Positions 14,863 to 24,693 of a stretch of 46,043 nucleotides of DNA are shown here, in pieces. The stretch is taken from IMG/VR virus record IMGVR_UViG_3300025398_000035, positions 1 to 46,043 of that record, one strand, 5' to 3'. The number at the start of each line of letters is the position of its first letter. Position 1 is the stretch's first letter. This DNA comes from a virus (Duplodnaviria > Caudoviricetes). Made by a program: the position numbers and the translations under genes. A model generated the notes under the pieces. It had not been told where the DNA came from. It worked only from the letters and a program-made list of their open reading frames with translations, and did no database searches.

Positions 14863-16582
14863 TGTCATCATGGACGATTACGACCAGATTGCCGGTTCGG
14901 GCGATTTTGACGATTTTTCGCAGTTCGTGTCCCCGCGCGATGATCTGCACGCCGCCCCGCCGCCGGAGGGCGTGATCCCGCTCGGCTATGACCGTGGGAT
15001 TTTCTATTACCTGTCGCAAGGAAATCGCCAGGTTGTTGCCCTGTCCGCCGCGTCGCACAGCAAGACCGCGCTAATGTCCATCGCCAGCGCGACGCACTAC
15101 TGGCAGAGGTCACGGTTCAACGGCGAGCGCGGCATCAAGTGGGACGATGCCATCGACTGGCTGATGACCGAATGCCGCGCCGTGGGGATTTTCGACCCCG
15201 ACCGCCTGCGCGGGCGCGGTGCGTGGGTCGATAACAACCGATCTGTGCTGCACGCTGGCGACCGCCTGATTGTGGGCGGCGTGGCGCTGCCGTTGGAGCT
15301 GCACGGCTCGCGCTACGTCTATGAGGCGGCGCGCAGCATCGGCGCTGTGGACGCCGCGCCGCTGTCGAACGCGGACGCTCACCGGCTGGTGAAAATCTGC
15401 CAATCGCTGCGATGGGAAATCGGCATCTCCGGCATGCTCATGGCTGGTTTCATCGCCGTGGCACCGATCTGCGGCGGCTTGGCATGGCGCCCGTCATGCT
15501 GGATTACCGGTGGATCCGGCTCTGGCAAAACCTGGGTGAACGAAAACATTATCTCGCCCGCGTTGGCTGGCATTGCGTTGCAGGTGCAGTCGAAAACGTC
15601 CGAGGCGGGCATTCGCCAATTGCTCGGGTCCGATGCCCGGCCCGTCATCTTCGACGAGTTCGAGAGCGAGGATTCCGCGTCTGCCGCGCGTGTGCAGGGC
15701 GTTCTGGACCTCGTGCGCCAAGCCAGCAGCGAAACCGGCGGGGCGATTGTCAAAGGCTCGCAGACGCAATCCGGCGCCAAGACCTACCGCGTGCGCTCGT
15801 CGTTTTGGTTCTCGTCCATCAACGTCGGCATTGAGCACCAGGCAGACGATAGCCGCATCACGGTTCTTGCCCTGCGCACCGCGCCCGCCGTGCAGAGCAA
15901 GGCCGACGCTGAGCATTTCAACGCGCTCAATGCCGAGGTGCAGCGGACCATCACCCCGGAGTTCGCCGCCGGGTTGCTGGCGCGTTCTGTCAAGCTGCTG
16001 CCGGTCATCCGCGCCAATGCCGAGACGTTCGCGGTGGCCGTGGCGCTGCATCTCGGCTCGCGCCGCCTTGGCGACCAGATCGGCACGCTACTTGCCGGCG
16101 CCTATTCGCTGCACAGCGACGGGCTGATTACGCCAACGCAGGCCGAGGAGTTCGTGCGCCGCCAGGATTGGGAGTGCGGCGGTTCTTCCGGCGACGTGGA
16201 GCGCGACGAGCACAAGATGCTTACGCACCTTACGCAGTCTCGCGTGAAAATCGCGCTCGGCAATTCGGCACCAGTCGAGATCACCCTCGCGCGCCTTGTG
16301 GCAGCGTCGTGGGGCGGCGACGAACGCATCTCAGCCGATGCCGCACAGTCCGAGCTGCTGGCCATGGGCATGCGCCCAGACGCGAATCAGGGGCTGTTTG
16401 TCAGCAACACGCATCCAGCCATCAAACGGCTGATGATCGGCACGCCATGGGCTGCGAATTGGAACCGGGCGCTGTCGCGGTTGCCGGGGGCTGAGCACTC
16501 CGGGAAAGCCATTCGGTTTGGAATGATGCACCAGTCCCGCGCCGTCTACGTCCCGCGCAAAACACTCGAAGGGGATGCCTGA
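14852..16582 (+). CDS. Replicative P-loop ATPase/helicase (primase-associated type)
   Basis: Walker A GGSGSGKT and Walker B VIFDEFE; followed directly by an iteron array. Confidence 0.8.
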   Translation: MPDSVIMDDYDQIAGSGDFDDFSQFVSPRDDLHAAPPPEGVIPLGYDRGIFYYLSQGNRQVVALSAASHSKTALMSIASATHYWQRSRFNGERGIKWDDAIDWLMTECRAVGIFDPDRLRGRGAWVDNNRSVLHAGDRLIVGGVALPLELHGSRYVYEAARSIGAVDAAPLSNADAHRLVKICQSLRWEIGISGMLMAGFIAVAPICGGLAWRPSCWITGGSGSGKTWVNENIISPALAGIALQVQSKTSEAGIRQLLGSDARPVIFDEFESEDSASAARVQGVLDLVRQASSETGGAIVKGSQTQSGAKTYRVRSSFWFSSINVGIEHQADDSRITVLALRTAPAVQSKADAEHFNALNAEVQRTITPEFAAGLLARSVKLLPVIRANAETFAVAVALHLGSRRLGDQIGTLLAGAYSLHSDGLITPTQAEEFVRRQDWECGGSSGDVERDEHKMLTHLTQSRVKIALGNSAPVEITLARLVAASWGGDERISADAAQSELLAMGMRPDANQGLFVSNTHPAIKRLMIGTPWAANWNRALSRLPGAEHSGKAIRFGMMHQSRAVYVPRKTLEGDA

Positions 16583-16585
16583 GAT

Positions 16586-16867
16586 GTCCCACAACCGTCC
16601 CGTAAACGCCCAAAATTATGAAACGTCCCCGGAATGTCCCACGGAAACCCGCAGAAAACCGCCAACGGGACGTTTGGGACGCGGGACAGCGAAAAATACA
16701 GCGCAGCCATACATGCATGCATGCGCACATGAGCATGTGCGTTCACGCGTCCCATCTGTCCCATGTGTCCCATATATATATAACATATTGAAATATATAT
16801 ATAATAATAGGGAAACCACGGGACAAACTACGGGACGTTCGCGGGACGCAACACATTACGCCGTCCC
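16586..16867. other. Putative replication origin
   Basis: 14 copies of GTCCC/GGGAC in alternating-orientation blocks (4+3+3+3+1) around an AT-rich core (16772-16809). Confidence 0.8.
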
Positions 16868-16890
16868 GTCGCGTTTCAGGCCATCACCCC

Positions 16891-17334
16891 ATGACCCGCG
16901 CCCACGGCAACCCAAAGATCATCTGGACCGAAGCAATGGACGCCAAACTGCGCGCCCATGCGCATCATTCGCAGCGCGAGCTTGAGCGGATCATGAGCGT
17001 GTCGCGTCAATCGGTGGCCAACCGCATGCGAGCGCTGGGCATGACGCAACCGCGCGCCCCCAAACCTGCGCAGCCCGCCAAACCTCAGCGTCCGAAAACG
17101 CCATACGACGCTCGCGAGCCGTTGCCTGCCGGGCATCCGGTGTCGTGGGGGCTGATCACGGCAAACACGTCGCTCAATAGCGAAAGCTACCCGCAGGATT
17201 TGGCTTCGGCTTACATGCCAATTGCAGACGATTTGCAGCCTGTAGAAGCCGCTCAACGCCAAATCCGCACCGACACACCTGACGAACCCAAACCCCACCA
17301 CACGGGCCGCAGAACGCCTAAAAACGCAATGTAG
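16891..17334 (+). CDS. GcrA-like N-terminal HTH regulator
   Basis: WTEAMDAKLR...SQRELERIMSVSRQSVANRMRALG, plus the REPLPAGHPVSWGLIT motif recalled from Acetobacteraceae proteins. Confidence 0.65.
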   Translation: MTRAHGNPKIIWTEAMDAKLRAHAHHSQRELERIMSVSRQSVANRMRALGMTQPRAPKPAQPAKPQRPKTPYDAREPLPAGHPVSWGLITANTSLNSESYPQDLASAYMPIADDLQPVEAAQRQIRTDTPDEPKPHHTGRRTPKNAM

Positions 17335-17389
17335 GATTTTTGAACCGTATAAAAGCCGAGCCCTTAATACCCCAGTAGGAGCCTGACAA

Positions 17390-17914
17390 ATGAGCAAGCA
17401 TCCATCCACCGCCCGCGTAGAACATCAGGACATGGGCGCAAATGGCCCGGCAATGAGTGCGCGACCTGCATTGTTTGATTCTTTGGAAGGTCGCGCGCGC
17501 GGCACCATTAATACCGTGCGCGTTGAGGTTGTTCGTTATAAGGACGCCACTCTTTACGACCGATTGCACCAACGCGCGCAGATCAACGACCGCCAGCACG
17601 AGGCGGCGCACCGGCTGGCAGGCATGTGGACGGCTGCGGGCCTCAATCCTCGCGTGTCGGCCACGCTGCGGCTCATTGGCGAGGATGAAATGCCGTTCGA
17701 TGAGGTGCTGGCATCGTCGCGCGCTGACCCAGACGCGCCAACGGCCAAAGACCGCTATCGAGCGTTCATGCGCGCCATGCCGCCCGCTTATGCCATCCGG
17801 CTGGATGCGATGCTGCTCGACGAGCACCCTGGCGTTCAATGGCTGGCGACGCTGCAATCAGCTTTGGATTTTGTGGCCGACCGCTTGGTCGGAAAAAAAT
17901 CTGTTGACGACTGA
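17390..17914 (+). CDS. Putative late transcription regulator (DUF6456 / Q-position)
   Basis: YDRLHQRAQINDRQHEAAHRL motif; last gene before terminase; AGGAG RBS. Confidence 0.6.
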   Translation: MSKHPSTARVEHQDMGANGPAMSARPALFDSLEGRARGTINTVRVEVVRYKDATLYDRLHQRAQINDRQHEAAHRLAGMWTAAGLNPRVSATLRLIGEDEMPFDEVLASSRADPDAPTAKDRYRAFMRAMPPAYAIRLDAMLLDEHPGVQWLATLQSALDFVADRLVGKKSVDD

Positions 17915-17964
17915 CGGTATTTTTGGCATCAGGGTCAGCGGACGCCCTATTTGCGTCTATCGTG

Positions 17965-17993
17965 ACCCGCCCGGCAACGTGGCGGGTTTTTTT
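17965..17993 (+). terminator. Intrinsic terminator ahead of the late operon
   Basis: ACCCGCC/GGCGGGT stem followed by a T run. Confidence 0.7.
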
Positions 17994-18026
17994 CGTTCGC
18001 CCGTTGGAGAACGCCGGAGAAGCACA

Positions 18027-18389
18027 GTGGCAGGCCGTCCCGAATTTGCGCCAACCGATGAGCAGCGCAAACTGGTCAAGTCGATGGTTGCCGTTGGCAT
18101 CACGCAAGAGAAGATTTGCAAGGTCATCGGCATCGCCAAGGGCACGCTCGAAAAGCATTTCGAGGAGGAGATCGCCACCGCCGCTGCCGCAGCCAACATG
18201 GCCGTTGGCCAGTCTTTGTTTGACCAAGCAACTGGCGGCAACGTGAGCGCGGCAATCTGGTGGACCAAAGCCCGCATGGGCTGGAGCGAAAAGAACACGC
18301 TCGAACACACCGGCCCTGACGGTGGCCCGATGCAGATCAACGAAATCCGCCGAGTGATTGTTGACCCCAAAGCCGATGGCGACGCTTGA
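18027..18389 (+). CDS. terS: Terminase small subunit
   Basis: GRPEFAPTDEQR...GITQEKICKVIGI..GTLEKHF...AAIWWTKARMGW...EHTGPDGGP; GTG start with GGAG RBS. Confidence 0.9.
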   Translation: MAGRPEFAPTDEQRKLVKSMVAVGITQEKICKVIGIAKGTLEKHFEEEIATAAAAANMAVGQSLFDQATGGNVSAAIWWTKARMGWSEKNTLEHTGPDGGPMQINEIRRVIVDPKADGDA

Positions 18390-19599
18390 CATCCAGACGC
18401 CGCGCGTTTTCGCGCCGTTGCTGCAACCGGCCCGCTACAAGGGCGCGCATGGCGGGCGAGGGTCTGGCAAGTCGCACTTTTTTGCCGAATTGCTGATTGA
18501 GCGCGCGATTGTGCAGCCCGGCCTACGCTGGTCCTGCATTCGCGAAATTCAGAAATCATTGAAACAATCCGTCAAGCAGCTGCTCGAAGACAAGATTGAG
18601 AAATTCGGCGTTGGCGGCAGGTTCGACGTGCTCGAAACCGAAATCCGCACGCCGGGCGGTGGCCTTGTGATTTTCCAGGGCATGCAAAACCACACGGCGG
18701 ACAGCATCAAATCCTTGGAAGGTTTTGATGGCGCGTGGGTCGAGGAAGCGCATTCACTGTCCGCTCGATCCCTGCGATTGCTGCGCCCGACGCTGCGCAA
18801 ACCGGGGTCTGAAATCTGGCTGTCGTGGAATCCGGAAAGCCCGGAAGACCCGGTTGACGCATTCTTACGCGGGCCGGACGCGGTGCCGGATTCCATCGTC
18901 ATTCAAGCCAACTGGCGTGACAATCCATTTTGGAATGACACGCTCGAGGCCGAGCGGCAAATCGACCTGGCGCGCGACCCGGACACGTATGATCACGTGT
19001 GGGAAGGCGGCTATCTCACCGTCTCGGATGCCGTCATTTTTCGCAACCGCGTGTCCGTTGAGGCGTTCGACACACCGCCGCACGCGCGGTTCTTCCACGG
19101 TGCGGATTGGGGGTTTTCGCAAGACCCAACCGTGTTGATACGGGCGTTCGTCGAAGGCGAAGTGCTTTACGTGGATCGCGAGGTGTTCGGCCACGGCGTC
19201 GAGCTGGACGAAACGCCGATGCTGTTCGACCAAATTGAGACGGCGCGCAAGTGGCCCATTAAAGCCGACAGTGCGCGGCCTGAAACAATCAGCCACATGA
19301 AGCGGCGCGGATTCAACATTTCGCCCGCCGACAAATGGGCGGGCAGCGTCGAGGACGGCATTGCGCACCTTAAGGGGTTTAAGCGCATCGTCGTGCACGA
19401 ACGGTGCCCAAACATCGCCAAAGAGTTCCGCCTCTACAGCTACAAGTTGGATCGCCAGACCGGCGACGTGCTGCCGATCATCGTTGACAAACACAACCAC
19501 GGCATCGACGCGCTGCGATATGCGCTTGATGGCTACATCAAAGGCAAGGGGCCGATGCGTATTTCACCGGAAGCCCTGATTGCCGCAAAGCGCCGCTGA
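18376..19599 (+). CDS. terL: PBSX-family terminase large subunit
   Basis: HGGRGSGKSHF, WVEEA, SWNP, GADWGF and NHGIDALRYA. Confidence 0.96.
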   Translation: MATLDIQTPRVFAPLLQPARYKGAHGGRGSGKSHFFAELLIERAIVQPGLRWSCIREIQKSLKQSVKQLLEDKIEKFGVGGRFDVLETEIRTPGGGLVIFQGMQNHTADSIKSLEGFDGAWVEEAHSLSARSLRLLRPTLRKPGSEIWLSWNPESPEDPVDAFLRGPDAVPDSIVIQANWRDNPFWNDTLEAERQIDLARDPDTYDHVWEGGYLTVSDAVIFRNRVSVEAFDTPPHARFFHGADWGFSQDPTVLIRAFVEGEVLYVDREVFGHGVELDETPMLFDQIETARKWPIKADSARPETISHMKRRGFNISPADKWAGSVEDGIAHLKGFKRIVVHERCPNIAKEFRLYSYKLDRQTGDVLPIIVDKHNHGIDALRYALDGYIKGKGPMRISPEALIAAKRR

Positions 19600-21083
19600 T
19601 GTGGTTAAACCGTCGTCACGAGCTTGCCGCGCGGGTTGAGCCGGTTCTGCCGGTGCCGCGTCGCGCACCGATGCGCATCCGGCCCGCCGCGCTGGCCGCT
19701 GCATCTGCCGTGCCGCAGTTCAAAAGTCGCGCTGAGATTTTCAAGCCCGCGCAACCGGCGCCAGGCGTGCTGCCGACCGGTGCAAGCATCGCCATGGATG
19801 ATGCGTTGAGCAATGCCGTGACGTGGGCAGCGCAAGGCGATTACAGCACAGGCGTGGGTTTTCTTGGGTTTTCGTTTCTGTCCGAATTGGCGCAGCGCCC
19901 GGAATATCGACGCATCACGGAAATTATCGCGAAGGAAATGACTCGCAAATGGGTCAAGCTCAAATCCGCAAGCAATGACGACAAGACCGACCGCATCAAG
20001 GCATTGACCGATGCAATGGACCGGTTCCGGTTGCAAGATGTTTTCCGCCGCGCCGCTGAGCATGATGGGTTCTTTGGGCGCGGGCACGTTTACATCGACA
20101 CGGGCGCCACGCCGGACACGCTGAAAACGCCGCTGTTTCTTGATCCCAAAGTGATTGGCAAGGGCGCGCTTAAAGGGTTTCGCAACGTCGAGGCGGTGTG
20201 GGTCTATCCCAACCTCTACGATTCACGGCATCCGTTGTCCGAAGACTATTACCGCCCGGTTTCGTGGTGGGTGATGGGCCAGGAAATCCACACATCGCGC
20301 CTGCTGCGGTTTGTGGGGCGCGAAGTGCCGGATCTACTGAAATCGGCGTATTCGTTTGGTGGCCTGTCGCTGTCGCAAATGGCGATGCCCTACGTCGAAA
20401 ACTGGATACGCACGCGGCAAAGCGTTTCGGACTTGCTGCACAGCTTCACGGTTTGGAAACTGGCCACCAACATGGACGCGGTGCTGCAAGGCAGTGACGG
20501 CGGCATGTCGCTGACCGACCGCGCCGCATTGTTCAACGATCTGCGCGACAATCGCGGGCTGATGCTGACCGACAAGGACAGCGAAGAGCTTTCAAATATT
20601 TCCGCGCCGCTGTCGTCACTCGACCATTTGCAAGCGCAAGCGCAAGAGCAAATGGCCAGCGTGTCCGGCATTCCGCTGGTCAAACTGCTTGGCATCACGC
20701 CAACCGGGCTCAATGCGTCGTCCGATGGCGAAATCCGGGCGTTTTACGATTGGGTTGCGGCGCAGCAAGAGCATTTGTTCCGCGCGCACCTTAAGACGTG
20801 TTTGGAAGCCATCCAGCTTTCCGAGTTCGGCGAGATCGACCCCGAAATCACGTTCGAGTTCGAGCCGCTTTGGCAGTTGGACGAAGCCGCGCAAGTTGCC
20901 GTCGAAAAGACCCGCGCTGACACCCACGCGGTCTATCTGGATGGCGGCGTTGTGGGGCCTGACGAGGTGCGCAAGGCCCTCGCCATGGATGAGGCATCAC
21001 CCTATCAGGGTCTTGACTTGGATAGCCCTGCGCCCGGCGTGCAGGGTATGGAAGACGTGCCCGATATTGATGCGGGCAGCTAG
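19599..21083 (+). CDS. Portal protein (DUF1073 type)
   Basis: Follows terL; LAQRPEYR, SGIPLVKLLGITPTGLNASSDGE and FEPLWQ. Confidence 0.9.
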   Translation: MWLNRRHELAARVEPVLPVPRRAPMRIRPAALAAASAVPQFKSRAEIFKPAQPAPGVLPTGASIAMDDALSNAVTWAAQGDYSTGVGFLGFSFLSELAQRPEYRRITEIIAKEMTRKWVKLKSASNDDKTDRIKALTDAMDRFRLQDVFRRAAEHDGFFGRGHVYIDTGATPDTLKTPLFLDPKVIGKGALKGFRNVEAVWVYPNLYDSRHPLSEDYYRPVSWWVMGQEIHTSRLLRFVGREVPDLLKSAYSFGGLSLSQMAMPYVENWIRTRQSVSDLLHSFTVWKLATNMDAVLQGSDGGMSLTDRAALFNDLRDNRGLMLTDKDSEELSNISAPLSSLDHLQAQAQEQMASVSGIPLVKLLGITPTGLNASSDGEIRAFYDWVAAQQEHLFRAHLKTCLEAIQLSEFGEIDPEITFEFEPLWQLDEAAQVAVEKTRADTHAVYLDGGVVGPDEVRKALAMDEASPYQGLDLDSPAPGVQGMEDVPDIDAGS

Positions 21084-21490
21084 CCGCGCGCCAGTTTGTC
21101 GCACAACGCGGCAAGCGCGGTAAACCGGCCTGACATAATGCGCAGCGTGCGGGCGTCGAGATCGGCCAGTGTCGTTTCATACGACACAAGCCGGGGCGGT
21201 TCGTCGGACACCTCTGCCAGCAACGGCCAGCCAGCTCGGATGCCGTTGGCGTCAAGCGATAGGCGGACGGTGAGGGCGGAATACGCCAACCCGTAGAAGT
21301 ATGCCTCGTTCAACGAAACGCGCGCCGGGCCGTCGATGATGGCGCGGTATTCGGCGGGCACTGCGTCAAACGCCATCGGCAACGGCGGCCATGACGGCGG
21401 CGGCAACGATGCCACGATATCGCGGGCGATTTGCCACGCTTCCTCGGAGCGCTCGTCCGCCTCGTCGTCGTCAATGAATGGGGATGACAT
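21080..21490 (-). CDS. Antisense hypothetical protein (136 aa) between portal and gpF
   Basis: It exactly fills a 413-nt gap, its stop overlaps the portal stop, and no plus-strand ORF fills the gap. Confidence 0.55.
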   Translation of the reverse strand: MSSPFIDDDEADERSEEAWQIARDIVASLPPPSWPPLPMAFDAVPAEYRAIIDGPARVSLNEAYFYGLAYSALTVRLSLDANGIRAGWPLLAEVSDEPPRLVSYETTLADLDARTLRIMSGRFTALAALCDKLARG

Positions 21491-21496
21491 AGCGCG

Positions 21497-22303
21497 ATGG
21501 TAATGCTGTGCAGCCCGACCGGCAAGCAGAAGACCATTGCCGCGACGCATCCCAACGCTGGGGTTGAAGCGGATTATCGGCGCCGGTTGCAGGCGCTGAT
21601 TGATGAGATGAACACGTCTCTGCTGCATTGGATCAAGGCAGCATATCGCGCGTCACCGCCCGAAATGGCCGAAGATCGCACGGCAGCGGACGAAATCAAC
21701 GCGGCGTTGAGCAAGCTGGCCAAACGGTGGCAGGGGCGCTTTGACGAGCTGGCGCCGCGCCTGGCGCGGTTGTTCGCGGGTGCCGCGACTGACCGAGCGG
21801 ACAAAGCGTTTGCATCGGCGCTGCGGCGCGGCGGGTTCACGGTGAAGTTCAAGCCGACGCCTGCCGTCAAGGACGCCTACGCGGCATCGGTGAATGAGAA
21901 TGTTGCACTGATCAAGTCGATTGCCTCGGAACATTTGACCGATGTGCAGGGCATGGTGATGCGGTCTGTGGCGCAAGGGCGCGGTCTTGAAACGCTGGCC
22001 AAGGATCTGCGCGAACGGTTCGACGTGCCGCGCAAGCGGGCGGCGTTCATCGCGCGCGATCAAAACAACAAAGCCACTGCGGTGATCACGGCGGCGCGGC
22101 AACGCGAGATCGGCGTGACGCAAGCGCGGTGGGTGCATTCGACCGGTGGCCGTCATCCGCGCCCGTCGCACGTCAAAGCGGGCAAGGATGGCCTGATCTA
22201 CGACGTGACCAAAGGCGCGTTGATTGACGGCGAATACATCTTCCCCGGCCAATTGCCGAATTGCCGTTGCTTAAGCCGATCCATTATTCCAGGATTTGAG
22301 TGA
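21497..22303 (+). CDS. Head morphogenesis protein (Mu gpF / SPP1 gp7 family)
   Basis: RAAFIARDQNNKA, WVHS...PRPSH and PGQLPNCRC. Confidence 0.92.
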   Translation: MVMLCSPTGKQKTIAATHPNAGVEADYRRRLQALIDEMNTSLLHWIKAAYRASPPEMAEDRTAADEINAALSKLAKRWQGRFDELAPRLARLFAGAATDRADKAFASALRRGGFTVKFKPTPAVKDAYAASVNENVALIKSIASEHLTDVQGMVMRSVAQGRGLETLAKDLRERFDVPRKRAAFIARDQNNKATAVITAARQREIGVTQARWVHSTGGRHPRPSHVKAGKDGLIYDVTKGALIDGEYIFPGQLPNCRCLSRSIIPGFE

Positions 22304-22467
22304 TGATTGGTTTCATACTGTGTCGTTTGGGTTTGCATGCTTGGCGCGTTTTATACGGAGAACGCCATCAACACGTTGAATGTAAAAGATGTGCATGCCG
22401 CGTGATTAAATTTAACATTAAACCAAACGCGGGATACCAACCAATTCTGCCAAATTGGGAAAAGTAA
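22303..22467 (+). CDS. Small AT-rich Zn-finger protein (DUF1660-like, 54 aa); not in the ORF track
   Basis: Hand translation MIGFILCRLGLHAW...ECKRC; its ATG overlaps the gpF stop. Confidence 0.6.
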   Translation: MIGFILCRLGLHAWRVLYGERHQHVECKRCACRVIKFNIKPNAGYQPILPNWEK

Positions 22468-22503
22468 AATAATACACTTCAAGATGACAATAAAGGGCTT
22501 GTT

Positions 22504-23721
22504 ATGACAGGAGTTGCGCAAAACAAAACCCTGACAATCGCGCTGGATGCCAGCACGCGCCGTTACGACGCGGACGGGCGGTTGCACGTGTCAATCTCAA
22601 ACATCAGCAAGGCAAACGTTTGCGGCTACTACGGCCGGGAAATCCCCGGCGCGACTGCGTTGGGGTTGCTGCCCGACCAAATGTATCAGCTTTACCGCGA
22701 CGCGGGCGAGCTGGCGCAGGCGGCGGCGACGTTCAACAACCTGCCGCTGTTGCAAACACACAAGCCGGTCAATGCAATCGACCCTGCCAAAGAATTGGTG
22801 GTCGGCAGCACCGGCACAAATGCCGAGTTTGCTGCGCCTTATCTGCGCAACTCGTTGGTGATCTGGGATGCCGATGCCATCCGAGGCATCGAGAGCGGCA
22901 ACCAGAAAGAATTGAGCTGCGGCTATCGCTACGTGCCCGTGATGGAGCCGGGCGAAGCCGACGGCATGAAATACGACGGTCGTATGACGCAGATCGTCGG
23001 CAATCACGTTGCGTTGGTCGAGGTTGGCCGCGCCGGACCTGATGTTGTCATCGGGGATTCACAACCATCGAAGGATAATCAAATGGCGACCAAACACCAG
23101 TCGCGTGCCGTCCGGGCCGCGAAGATGGCCCTGGATGCTGTGGCTGGCGGCAAGATCGCCCCCACCGCCAGCATCGAAGACATCAAGAAGCTCCTCGCTG
23201 CTGACGAATACGAGGACATGGAAAGCATGTCCGAAGACGACGAGGAAGACGACGCCGACGAAAAGGCCAAAAAGGAAGCGACCGCCAAGCGCGCCGCTGA
23301 CAAAAAGGGCATGGACAAGAAGGGCATGGACAAGGACGGCGACGAGCTGAAGGGCTTGCCCAAAGCGTTGGACAAGGATCAGGACGACGAGGACGAGGAC
23401 AAGATCGAAAAAGCAATGGACGCCGCGATTGCCTCGGTTCGCGCCGAAACCCGCGCTCTGCGCCTCGCTGAGCGCGCTGTGCGCCCGTATGTGGGCGATT
23501 TGGCCCTGGACAGCGCGGAAAGCGCCGATGACGTCTACCGCGCCGCTTTGAAGCTGCACGGCATCGCCACGGATGGCGTTCACCCTTCGGCGTTCCCGGC
23601 CATGCTGAAGCTGGTCCCGCTGCCGGGCGCTGGCAAGGCGTCCACCGTCGCCATGGACGGCGCCGCCACGGCCTCCGTCTCCAAGAAATTCCCCAGCCTG
23701 TCCCGCATCGGTCGGGCATAA
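22504..23721 (+). CDS. DUF2213 prohead protease fused to scaffold
   Basis: ISKANVCGYYGREIP, ELSCGYRY and GNHVALVEVGRAG, followed by an acidic helical C-terminal half. An internal in-frame ATG at 23083 has an AAGGA RBS. Confidence 0.88.
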   Translation: MTGVAQNKTLTIALDASTRRYDADGRLHVSISNISKANVCGYYGREIPGATALGLLPDQMYQLYRDAGELAQAAATFNNLPLLQTHKPVNAIDPAKELVVGSTGTNAEFAAPYLRNSLVIWDADAIRGIESGNQKELSCGYRYVPVMEPGEADGMKYDGRMTQIVGNHVALVEVGRAGPDVVIGDSQPSKDNQMATKHQSRAVRAAKMALDAVAGGKIAPTASIEDIKKLLAADEYEDMESMSEDDEEDDADEKAKKEATAKRAADKKGMDKKGMDKDGDELKGLPKALDKDQDDEDEDKIEKAMDAAIASVRAETRALRLAERAVRPYVGDLALDSAESADDVYRAALKLHGIATDGVHPSAFPAMLKLVPLPGAGKASTVAMDGAATASVSKKFPSLSRIGRA

Positions 23722-23733
23722 GGAGCACACGAT

Positions 23734-24687
23734 ATGTCGTTTCAGGCACTCGTCAACCAGCAGCCTGCGCCCGCAGTCGCTGGTGATTTCGCCACCACCA
23801 ACCCGCGCGCTTCGGTTGTCGCCGGGCCGAACGCCCTCGTCGCTGGCCCGAACGGGTGCGCCGTTGGCCGGTTCGGCTGGTATGATCTGGCGACGCTTTC
23901 GCTCGTCAGCAACACCGGCTCGGGTGCGCCCAACGGGTTCATCCACAACAGCCACAACGCCCTGATCACCGCGTATCTGGGCGAAACCTCCCTCGTCATC
24001 CCGTCCGGCTTCATGGTCGAGATGTATAGCGAGGGCGAGTTCTGGGTGGTCAATTCCTCGTCCACCGAAGCAACGCCGGGCATGAAGGCGTATGCCAACA
24101 ATGCCACGGGCGTTGCCTACTTCGCTGCCACCGGCAACCCGCCCACCAACGGCACCGGCACTGCGTCCAGCATCGCTGCGGCCACCGCCGTTAGCGTCAC
24201 GGGTTCGATTGCCGTTGTCACCAGCCAGCTCGGCGTGTCGTCCGGCGTTCTGACCGTCACCGCCGTTTCCACCGGCACGCTGGTTCCTGGCGCCGTGCTT
24301 GGCGGCACGGGCGTGCAGTCCGGCAACACGGTTGTGGCGCAGCTCACCGGCACCACGGGCGGCGTGGGCACGTATTCGGTCAGCATCCCGCAGACGCTCG
24401 CCAGCGGCACCATCACGGCGTCGTTTGGCATCCTGACCGTGGGTGGCACCGTCACCGGCACGTTCGCCGTGGGTGACAGCATCCCGACGTCCGGCGTCAC
24501 CGCAGGCACCTACATCACCGGCCTTGGCACGGGCACGGGTGGCGCGGGCACCTACTACGTCAACATCTCTCAGACCGTATCGAGCCAGTCGATCTCTGCC
24601 GCTTCGGCGACGGAGACGGGCTGGTATTGCCGGTCCTTCGGTGCCAGCGGCGAGCTGGTCAAAATCTCTTCTCGGTCGATGGGGTAA
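23734..24687 (+). CDS. Head decoration/cement protein with Thr/Gly-rich inserted beta domains
   Basis: Lies between scaffold and capsid genes; [18 protein letters not shown] start, and two ITxxxTGTGGxGTY-like repeats. Confidence 0.75.
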   Translation: MSFQALVNQQPAPAVAGDFATTNPRASVVAGPNALVAGPNGCAVGRFGWYDLATLSLVSNTGSGAPNGFIHNSHNALITAYLGETSLVIPSGFMVEMYSEGEFWVVNSSSTEATPGMKAYANNATGVAYFAATGNPPTNGTGTASSIAAATAVSVTGSIAVVTSQLGVSSGVLTVTAVSTGTLVPGAVLGGTGVQSGNTVVAQLTGTTGGVGTYSVSIPQTLASGTITASFGILTVGGTVTGTFAVGDSIPTSGVTAGTYITGLGTGTGGAGTYYVNISQTVSSQSISAASATETGWYCRSFGASGELVKISSRSMG

Positions 24688-24693
24688 TCACCA

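Noticed and set aside
16586-16867. CRISPR-like array or the 136-aa ORF 16575-16985
   Set aside because: The repeats are 5-mers in both orientations with irregular spacing around an AT core, which fits iterons. The ORF translation is low-complexity.
17457-18026. 310-aa version of terS
   Set aside because: The extension overlaps the late regulator and a terminator. GTG 18027 has a proper RBS.
19599-21083. Anti-CBASS Acb1 label sometimes attached to DUF1073 proteins
   Set aside because: Position and motifs indicate the portal, and no separate 2H-phosphoesterase domain is evident.
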